Of a stretch of 54,941 nucleotides of DNA, positions 39,000 through 45,916 are shown piece after piece. The stretch's first letter is position 1. Every line of letters starts with the position of its first letter. The position numbers and the translations under genes are program-made. The stretch spans positions 1-54,941 of the forward strand of contig QKFK01000141.1 of assembly GCA_003252195.1 (NCBI GenBank), given 5' to 3'. Below the pieces are notes generated by a model that searched no databases, was not told the origin of the DNA, and saw only the letters and a program-made list of their open reading frames with translations. Source of the DNA: Rhodospirillales bacterium. Its GTDB lineage: Bacteria; Pseudomonadota; Alphaproteobacteria; QKFK01; SZUA-500.

Positions 39000-39270
39000 C
39001 TTTTGTGGGGCAAGTACTCTTGCTTGCAATGAGTGTTTGACACTTATAATTTGAGATTAAAAATATCCTAATAATTAACATTTCAATATTAGGACTTACC
39101 CACAAAAGTAGGTATTAAAAACATTGTTCCTCAGGGTTAAAAAGTCATCATTAAAACATATTATTATATGGTTTAAGCTGGTAAACATTTAGCAAGATAA
39201 ATTAATAAGAATATATTTGTATCCCCTCTTACTTTTATAGGTTGCAAGCAAGAGTAAGTGGGGTACAAAT
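39000..39270. repeat. Nested inverted repeats (MITE-like or structured RNA)
   Basis: cttttgtggg (39000-39009) pairs with cccacaaaag (39099-39108), and cctaata (39067-39073) with tattagg (39087-39093). A 15-nt perfect IR, tactcttgcttgcaa (~39015-39029), matches ttgcaagcaagagta (~39242-39256). Confidence 0.8.
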
Positions 39271-39293
39271 TACAATTCTTATCTAATAATTAA

Positions 39294-39350
39294 GCATAAA
39301 AAAGCCAATCTTCACTACGGCCAGTTATGGTGCAAGCGTGAGATTGGCTT
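39294..39350 (-). terminator. Intrinsic terminator-like hairpin (13 bp, 1 bulge, 22-nt loop) with U-run on minus strand
   Basis: 39302-39315 pairs with 39338-39350. The plus-strand A-run at 39298-39303 gives UUUUUU after the stem on the minus strand. Confidence 0.55.
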
Positions 39351-39362
39351 ATTCATCTAGTT

Positions 39363-39457
39363 GAGCTTTTTTAGATTTGCAACCTCAATGCTCTTTGAGG
39401 TTTACTGAAACGAGCTTTTTTAGATTTATAACCTCGATACTCGTTCGAGGTTTACTG
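39363..39457 (-). repeat. Two tandem ~45 nt hairpin units, same family as 22701-22800 but on the minus strand
   Basis: Plus-strand readings are aacctcaa-tgctct-ttgaggtt and aacctcga-tactcgt-tcgaggtt, with a compensatory A:T to G:C change. On the minus strand the loops read AGAGCA and ACGAGTA, and both units end in aaaaaagctc. Confidence 0.9.
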
Positions 39458-39492
39458 TAGATGAACCTAAACATAACATATTTTAAATAACA

Positions 39493-39654
39493 TAACAAGA
39501 AATTGTTACTTCCTGAGCTTTGCGTAACAAAAATCTGTTATATTCTAATAAAAAATCACAAAATTCTGTTATGTTGACGTCAATTAATAACAAATATTTG
39601 TTATATTTTGCTAATTCATAACACTTTTTTGTTATACATAACAAAAATCTGTGA
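39493..39654. promoter_or_regulatory. Phased array of six 16-bp palindromes TAACA-N6-TGTTA
   Basis: Sites at 39493-39508, 39525-39540, 39556-39571 (TCACA), 39588-39603, 39619-39634 and 39639-39654 (TGTGA). Start-to-start spacing is 32, 31, 32, 31 and 20 bp. Confidence 0.85.
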
Positions 39655-39694
39655 CATTAGAAATTAGCAGCCAAACATAGAAAATATATAAGAC

Positions 39695-40078
39695 TTAACT
39701 CTTATTCTTCTCGTTTCTTGTCATTTCACGCTTTTCTCTAATGGATTTATCAATTATACCAGCTAGCTTTCTGAAAGTTCTGTCGCTAAGTTTTCTGAGG
39801 CCAGAATCAGCCCAATCATCTCCAAAATAACATCTTAAATCGTTAAAGTCCTTAAACCTATCCGTTGATGGGATAACCTCTTCAATAATGTATCTTTCCA
39901 TAAGATGCCCTAAATTTTCTTTACGACACCATCCGTTTTCAATGATTTGCACCATCAAAGCACCGAGTAGCTCATTCTGCCTTTTCTCACGAGCAACATT
40001 CTCACTTATGACTTGCTCTTTAATCGCCAGAACCTGTTTATCAATAGCATCTAATGGTGCTTCAAAGTCATCTGACAT
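39695..40078 (-). CDS. Hypothetical 127-aa protein
   Basis: ORF with a GGAGG-like RBS (aaaggagggg) upstream. No recognisable motif. Confidence 0.5.
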   Translation of the reverse strand: MSDDFEAPLDAIDKQVLAIKEQVISENVAREKRQNELLGALMVQIIENGWCRKENLGHLMERYIIEEVIPSTDRFKDFNDLRCYFGDDWADSGLRKLSDRTFRKLAGIIDKSIREKREMTRNEKNKS

Positions 40079-40112
40079 AATTTCCCCTCCTTTTAACTTG
40101 GTTATCTTTGAA

Positions 40113-40147
40113 TTTTCAAGGAACCTATATATAAGATTCCTTGAAAA
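40113..40147. promoter_or_regulatory. Perfect 11-bp inverted repeat operator overlapping a TATATA box upstream of orf127
   Basis: ttttcaaggaa (40113-40123), 13-nt spacer, ttccttgaaaa (40137-40147). The spacer is cctatatataaga. Confidence 0.6.
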
Positions 40148-40358
40148 TGCTTATTCTAGCCGCAAATATTATCTCATTTTCTGGTGGGTTATTTCCTGAA
40201 CCCTGCCATTTAATTGATGCATATCGCTATCAATTGAGCTTAAATGTGAGTTTATTGAAAATAACTGAGCTAAGCATAGTATTGAGGCTACAGCTATTAC
40301 CAATATTGCAACATTACGAATTTTATCTGACATCTTTACCTCATATCTGAAAATAATA

Positions 40359-40715
40359 TTAACGCATACATGGCTTATCGTATTTATAATAGGTCTTGTC
40401 TAATTTAAACACACCCTTGAACTTAGTGCTTCCTGTGTACCAGAATATGCCCATTGGCATATCTTCTTGCCACTGAATGTCCATGGAGCCAACTTGACAC
40501 CCTGGTACATAGAAATAAATTTTGTTATAGTTTCTCGCGCTATCGAATATCTTAGTTGCCTTACCTTTACCTGCATACTCATCTTCGAAATAAATTTTAG
40601 TATCTTTGGTTGGACCTTCGGCCGTGATTTTATAATCTGGCAAAATCCTATCTCCTATCATTCCACAGGCCGATAAGCTTGCTATAACAAATAAGCTTAA
40701 AAATACTCTTTTCAT
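40359..40715 (-). CDS. Small lipoprotein
   Basis: Signal peptide with lipobox: MKRVFLSLFVIASLSAC. Confidence 0.65.
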   Translation of the reverse strand: MKRVFLSLFVIASLSACGMIGDRILPDYKITAEGPTKDTKIYFEDEYAGKGKATKIFDSARNYNKIYFYVPGCQVGSMDIQWQEDMPMGIFWYTGSTKFKGVFKLDKTYYKYDKPCMR

Positions 40716-40724
40716 ATCATGCTC

Positions 40725-40970
40725 CTATGCTGCCTTTTTAACTTCTTCTTTGATTTCTTTTTTAAGCTTATTTAGCTCACGCTTTGTATTTGCCTTGCTA
40801 ATGATAAAGCAAGTAGCAATCACATTAAGAATGTGCAACAGCACACCAAAGCCCATCACAAACGTAACCAAGCTAACGATAAACACTATTCCAGAGATTA
40901 TTGCAGATATTATCTTGCGAGATATGAGCAATGATAATGGCGGAATAAAAATAGCTAAAATGTAATTCAT
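40725..40970 (-). CDS. Small two-helix membrane protein with Lys/Glu-rich tail
   Basis: Hydrophobic segments ILAIFIPPLSLLI and GIVFIVSLVTFVMGFGVLLHILNVIATCFII. Lies 9 nt upstream of the lipoprotein gene. Confidence 0.55.
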   Translation of the reverse strand: MNYILAIFIPPLSLLISRKIISAIISGIVFIVSLVTFVMGFGVLLHILNVIATCFIISKANTKRELNKLKKEIKEEVKKAA

Positions 40971-41001
40971 AATTCACCCCTTCCTATTTAGGTTTTTTAA
41001 T

Positions 41002-41135
41002 AAAAAAAGACCGCCAAATGTTAATCTGGCGATCGGGGTGTTAGAAAACCTTGATACATATAAAGGCACGCAATTCTTTGGCCATGAATACACATAGCTT
41101 GAACATACAATTACGTCACCCCGATCATAAGATCG
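41002..41135 (-). promoter_or_regulatory. Attenuator-like leader with mutually exclusive terminator and antiterminator pairings
   Basis: Terminator: 41009-41016 pairs with 41027-41034, plus a U7 run from 41002-41008. 41031-41040 (gatcggggtg) is perfectly complementary to 41117-41126 (caccccgatc). 41122-41126 also pairs locally with 41131-41135. Confidence 0.5.
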
Positions 41136-41393
41136 AGGTAACAATTTTTCGGCTTGTTTCACCGTATGTATCGAAGAGGTTTCTACGCCCCACCAATCAA
41201 GCCAAAGCAAATTGCCTTCACTTAAACCAGCAGGACTAATTTATCTGAATATGCTTAAAAATTCAATCTTTTAATTAAGCCTAGACTTATACAAAATCGT
41301 ATCAGTGTAAATATAAGTGTTAAATATAATTGTGTTTTATTATATAACTTGGTATTATTCGGACAACATATACCTATAACAAGTAGATAAAAA

Positions 41394-42023
41394 ATGAAAA
41401 AATCAATACTGTTGTTGCTTTTTCTAATATCATCATGTAGATCATTCAATTCTGCTGAACAGATGAAATTTGACAAAATAACAAGCAACAAATTACCTAA
41501 TTTAGAAATTATTTTTAATAATGACGACTTAATTTTCAACTCTACAGCTATTAGCTTAATAGCTGGCGAACAAGCATATGCACTAAACTCTGCACACAAA
41601 GGCGATTTAGAAAATTTTCTAAAAACTCATATTGAGCAACAAATAAGAAACGATATAATTGATGAATATTCATCTCCAAGAGGCTATATATCATTTAGAA
41701 TTGCAGCTAACAACTCCAGCAATGCAGGTTTATTAATGTTTCCAAGCATACTATCTTTAGGCACACTTAATCTACTAGGAATGCCAGCTGGTTGGTCAAA
41801 AACAAAAGTTGAGTTAGAAGCTAGAATATACGACAAAAGCAGAAGACTAATAAAAGTATATACAGGTACTGGCTCAGATAAGAATGTTATAGCTTGTTAT
41901 TATGGCTATAGTGAAATGGATTCAGAAAAAGTCTCAATGGTCAATTCTGTTAAAATTGCTATGAGCTCTATAAAGGAGCAGATTAACAGTGATTACCCAT
42001 ACTTAATATCAAAACTCAAATAG
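41394..42023 (+). CDS. Lipoprotein, paralog 1
   Basis: Lipobox LLFLISSC. The C-terminal half and the YLISKLK end are shared with the next gene. Confidence 0.65.
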   Translation: MKKSILLLLFLISSCRSFNSAEQMKFDKITSNKLPNLEIIFNNDDLIFNSTAISLIAGEQAYALNSAHKGDLENFLKTHIEQQIRNDIIDEYSSPRGYISFRIAANNSSNAGLLMFPSILSLGTLNLLGMPAGWSKTKVELEARIYDKSRRLIKVYTGTGSDKNVIACYYGYSEMDSEKVSMVNSVKIAMSSIKEQINSDYPYLISKLK

Positions 42024-42034
42024 GTATCATAAGA

Positions 42035-42649
42035 ATGAATAAAGCGTATGTTTTACTATTTCTACTTATTGCTTCATGTCGATCTCTAGATGTTATTGAC
42101 GCATTAAAAGTAAGTAATAATAACAACTCGAACAAACTCCCAACTCTTGTCACGCTATCTGATGATAACATGACAATGAAGAATGAAAAAGGCATTAGGA
42201 CTTCCAAACTACGGAATGAACAATATGCATTAATGAGCAAAGAGTTTAACAGCCTATTTATTAGAGAGTTAGAAAACAATATTACATATCCATACGGCGA
42301 ACCTAAGGGGTATATCCGTGCAGAAATTATAACAAACGACTTGAACAACAACTTTTTTACAATAATACCATCAGCGTTTTCATTAGGAATATTAAATTTA
42401 CTTGGGATGCCTTTTAACCACCCCAAATACTCATTAAATTTTGAATTTTCTTTGTACAACACTAAAAAAGAATTGATAAAAAAATATACTATATATGCAA
42501 GTGGTAGTGCATGGTCTGCTGCATACTATGGATACAATGAAATAAATGCAGAAAAAAAGGCGTCTTATAATGGATTCAAAGACGCTCTAAATCAGTTAAA
42601 ACAAGAGTTACAAACAGACCATAAATACCTGATATCAAAACTAAAATAA
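42035..42649 (+). CDS. Lipoprotein, paralog 2
   Basis: Lipobox FLLIASC. Shares P(R/K)GYI, LNLLGMP, YYGY and the YLISKLK end with paralog 1. Confidence 0.65.
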   Translation: MNKAYVLLFLLIASCRSLDVIDALKVSNNNNSNKLPTLVTLSDDNMTMKNEKGIRTSKLRNEQYALMSKEFNSLFIRELENNITYPYGEPKGYIRAEIITNDLNNNFFTIIPSAFSLGILNLLGMPFNHPKYSLNFEFSLYNTKKELIKKYTIYASGSAWSAAYYGYNEINAEKKASYNGFKDALNQLKQELQTDHKYLISKLK

Positions 42650-42658
42650 ATCATATAT

Positions 42659-43336
42659 TTAGTGAAGAATAGTTTCTTCGTCTTTTTCTATATACTCTAG
42701 AGGTCTTACTCTTCTGACACTAAGATAATGTTTTAACCCTAGTTCTCTAACCTTTAGCGTATCAAACATTGCCATAGTGTTTTTAGAAGGGTATTTATCT
42801 ATTTTATTTCCTCTTTCAAACACACATGCCATAGCACTTGAACGCACATAGTTTTCTTTTTTCATTTCTTTGGTGTAAGGTTTAAAATCGTGGCGACGAC
42901 CTTTACTTCTGTAAAAATACTCCCCTTTTTTATCTATTTTTATTTCTTCTGGCCAACCAGGCTCACACACAAAACATTCATCGTTATTTTTTAGTAGATC
43001 ATCAATATATTCTAGACCGCCATCATTAATATTAAGCCTACCCATTTTAGGTTTTTTAAGACTATACAGGTGCAATTCATCATGTTTAAGCTTATTAAAA
43101 AAGGGGAATGCCGCACCATTAGATGCTATTGTTCTATCATCATCAGGCAAAACTTCTCTTTTATAATATATGTTTAGCCTATCAATAAAATTTTTATAAA
43201 ATTTATACTTGTCACTTGTTAAATATATTGGTGTTTTATTTATATATATTTTCGCAATTATAACCCTTCGAATGGGGTAGCCTAGCTTTCCAAAAACAAA
43301 CTTAAGCAAACCAATAAGTCTCATATTAAATAACAT
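42659..43336 (-). CDS. Hypothetical 225-aa protein
   Basis: ATG preceded by AGGAGG. Lies 14 nt downstream of the preceding ORF. No motif recognised. Confidence 0.5.
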   Translation of the reverse strand: MLFNMRLIGLLKFVFGKLGYPIRRVIIAKIYINKTPIYLTSDKYKFYKNFIDRLNIYYKREVLPDDDRTIASNGAAFPFFNKLKHDELHLYSLKKPKMGRLNINDGGLEYIDDLLKNNDECFVCEPGWPEEIKIDKKGEYFYRSKGRRHDFKPYTKEMKKENYVRSSAMACVFERGNKIDKYPSKNTMAMFDTLKVRELGLKHYLSVRRVRPLEYIEKDEETILH

Positions 43337-43350
43337 ATTAGTCCTCCTTA

Positions 43351-44100
43351 TTAATTTATAATAGTAGGCTTGTTATTATTACGCATATAATCCAGTTCAT
43401 TAATTTTATGACATATTGCCCTTAGCATTGCCTTATTATAATATTCATTAGATATAGAGAGGATATTAGTTCTATAGCGGATTACCCCCGTATATTCACG
43501 ATTAAAATCTTCAGGGGAGTAATTATCGACTTCAAAATATGCTTCTATATTCTTACCACTACAAACAGCTTTTCCAAAAACGTGATACTCATCCCAAATA
43601 ATATCTATTTCTTTTGTTTTTATATATGGAAAAGCATAAAGGTAATCTTCAACGCAAACACCCATAACAAAGTTAGGCCTAGTCATAATATAATTGACCT
43701 TTGCTTCGTCTGCACAAGAGAGCTGATGTTTAGAATAATAATTATACATAAGCTCTCTCTTAGCCTGTTCATATGATAAATAAGCCATAGATTTAACCTT
43801 ATCTTCTACAATCTCAGCAACAACCAATCCATTATAACGATAGGCAGGATGATTCTTAACTCTGTATAACTTCACATCATCAGAAATAAATATATAATCC
43901 TTATCAAGCTTTTCATCGCAGTTAACTGGAGTGAAAAAATAGTGAAAGCAGACTAAATCTTCACGTTTAGGGTCTTCATCAATAGATGAGGTAAAATCGT
44001 GCAAATTAACCAAACGAAACCTATTATGGAAGTCTGCAATTACATTTGAAATAGTACTAATTAAATTTGTAAGGAACCCGCTATTTACTGCTAAAAACAT
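43351..44100 (-). CDS. Hypothetical ~249-aa protein
   Basis: The internal ATG at 44100 has a perfect AGGAGG 7 nt upstream and is preferred over TTG 44154. No motif recognised. Confidence 0.5.
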   Translation of the reverse strand: MFLAVNSGFLTNLISTISNVIADFHNRFRLVNLHDFTSSIDEDPKREDLVCFHYFFTPVNCDEKLDKDYIFISDDVKLYRVKNHPAYRYNGLVVAEIVEDKVKSMAYLSYEQAKRELMYNYYSKHQLSCADEAKVNYIMTRPNFVMGVCVEDYLYAFPYIKTKEIDIIWDEYHVFGKAVCSGKNIEAYFEVDNYSPEDFNREYTGVIRYRTNILSISNEYYNKAMLRAICHKINELDYMRNNNKPTIIN

Positions 44101-44283
44101 AAAGCACCTCCTTGTCAGATATAATTCAATTATCTCAAGCACAAGGTTAACCAAATATTAACAACATAAAATCTGTGGATAATAAGAAACATATGAAATG
44201 TAAATAATTTAGTTTTTGTTCCCACAAACAACATTTGGTATATTTTTACCAGTTTATAAATCTACTTTATAAAAGGATTATCC

Positions 44284-45507
44284 ATGATTGACCCTTTAAA
44301 GCACCCCAGATATTTATTAAGTAAAAAATATACGATTTCACAATCATTCATCAACCTACTTTATGCCTTAACATGGTATCTAGATGGTGATTTTGTCCCA
44401 GATTCATTTAACACCGTATTATTTCTACTACTAAGTATACTATTACTAATCGACAATATTAAAATAATTATGTCTTACCTCGCTCACAAAGGGAAATGTG
44501 CATCAAATATAGGCGTATACATATTAATTACGTCAATAACAATCACACTTATTTGTGTTATTGCCGACAAATATATGCCAGTGATTACATTATCAACAAA
44601 ATATTACTTTTTCGTACCCATGCTTTCATGCTATTTTTCTTCATTTATTATTACTTTTTGCATGATGGAACATGAATATCTAAAGAACATGTTTGCAAAA
44701 ATTAGCGCCTGGTTAAAATTTCAAATAAGATTTGCATGCGTTCCTGAGCATATAATGAATGCAATTCTTGCTGCTGAGGCTAAAGAAGCAGCAGATGCCA
44801 AAGCAACGGCTGAAGCTAAAGAAGCGGCTAAAGCCAAAGCAGCTGCTAAAGCCAAAGCAGCGACTGAAGCCAAAGAAGTGGCTAAAGCCAAAGCAGCTGC
44901 TGAAGCTAAAGAAGCGGCTAAAGCCAAAGCAGCTACTGAAGCAATGGCTAAAGAAGTAGCTAAAGCAGTAGCTAAAGCAATAGCTAAAGCAATAGCTATA
45001 ACTAAAGAAGCACCAGAAGCTAAAGCAGTGGCTGAAGCTAAAGAGGTAGCAGAAGTCAAAGTAGCGGCAGAAGCTAAAGAGGCACTTAAAATAGAGAACG
45101 AAATAATAGATTTTGCAAGCTTGTTAAAAAATAAAGATATTAAAGATATTCTCCCCCTAAAAATGCCTAACAAAGATCTTATTGCAAAAGATCAACATAC
45201 AATAATGTATAAAAACACCATAGAATTTATCAAATATAAAGAACCTGTTATTGTGTGCGAAGAAGATATAAATGATAAAGATGAAAAAAAACACACCGTA
45301 ACAATAGGTCTTTCTAAAAACAAGTTTATAGGAGTTGTACAAAAACTTTATGGAGACAGTATTGTTAAGAAAGAAATCAACAAACAGGCCAAACAATGTC
45401 TTGGGATTATATTTGATCGGTCTAGAGACCGAGAACTTGAAGACCGATTCCTCGAGAATTTTTATACGAAAAATCCTATAAACCAAGAAGAAACGGCGTT
45501 ATATTAG
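44284..45507 (+). CDS. Multi-pass membrane protein with central Ala/Lys/Glu repeat region
   Basis: About four N-terminal hydrophobic helices, then ~105 aa of (A/E)AK(E/A)(A/V)AKAKAA repeats, then a Lys-rich C-domain. Confidence 0.6.
   Translation: MIDPLKHPRYLLSKKYTISQSFINLLYALTWYLDGDFVPDSFNTVLFLLLSILLLIDNIKIIMSYLAHKGKCASNIGVYILITSITITLICVIADKYMPVITLSTKYYFFVPMLSCYFSSFIITFCMMEHEYLKNMFAKISAWLKFQIRFACVPEHIMNAILAAEAKEAADAKATAEAKEAAKAKAAAKAKAATEAKEVAKAKAAAEAKEAAKAKAATEAMAKEVAKAVAKAIAKAIAITKEAPEAKAVAEAKEVAEVKVAAEAKEALKIENEIIDFASLLKNKDIKDILPLKMPNKDLIAKDQHTIMYKNTIEFIKYKEPVIVCEEDINDKDEKKHTVTIGLSKNKFIGVVQKLYGDSIVKKEINKQAKQCLGIIFDRSRDRELEDRFLENFYTKNPINQEETALY
44767..45087 (+). repeat. In-frame degenerate tandem repeats encoding the AKEA-type region
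   Basis: Recurrent gctaaagaagcggctaaagccaaagcagctgct-type units. The mirror ORF on the minus strand (44721-45173) is an artefact of this repeat. Confidence 0.85.
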
Positions 45508-45522
45508 ATAAAAAATACACCA

Positions 45523-45625
45523 TGTGGGAAATCTTAAATTTTCTACATAGAACAAAAAAGCAGATGCATCAACTTTTACATGTGGGAAAACAGCATTTTC
45601 CCACATAATCTAGAGATTTCCCACA
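45523..45625. promoter_or_regulatory. Four TGTGGGAAA boxes (two direct, two inverted) upstream of xis/int
   Basis: Direct copies at 45523-45531 and 45581-45589, inverted copies at 45597-45605 and 45617-45625. The middle pair forms the palindrome atgtgggaaaa-cagc-attttcccacat. Confidence 0.7.
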
Positions 45626-45688
45626 TTTACAAGGGATTAAAACAGCCCTAGCCTAAAAATATACGTTGATTTTTTTAGGAGTGCTTAG

Positions 45689-45916
45689 ATGGCAAAACAA
45701 GATAATTATTTAAACCAGAAGCAAGTTATCGATTTGATGGGAATAACTAAAACAACATTTAATCGGAATCTTCATAAATACATATATGCTGGAATGCCTG
45801 CAAAAATAGATCTTATTGGCAAATGGAATAAGACTGATATAATAAAATGGCTTAAAAGTCAGAATTTTTCTATTCCGCATGATCCTTTTATAGAAAAGGA
45901 GATTAGCGATGAGTAA
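45689..45916 (+). CDS. AlpA/excisionase-family small HTH protein
   Basis: LNQKQVIDLMGITKTTFNRNL. AGGAG RBS. Overlaps the integrase start. Confidence 0.7.
   Translation: MAKQDNYLNQKQVIDLMGITKTTFNRNLHKYIYAGMPAKIDLIGKWNKTDIIKWLKSQNFSIPHDPFIEKEISDE

Noticed and set aside
40974-41210. 78-aa ORF starting LWLDWW, considered as a Trp-rich leader peptide or real gene
   Set aside because: It starts at TTG with no evident RBS. It runs through the whole leader including the terminator hairpin and U-run, unlike short leader peptides that stop before segment 2. The Trp codons may be coincidental.
44721-45173. 150-aa minus-strand Ala/Ser/Leu-rich ORF
   Set aside because: It is the mirror image of the in-frame AKEA repeat of the 407-aa gene. 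The repeat composition keeps the antisense frame open by itself.
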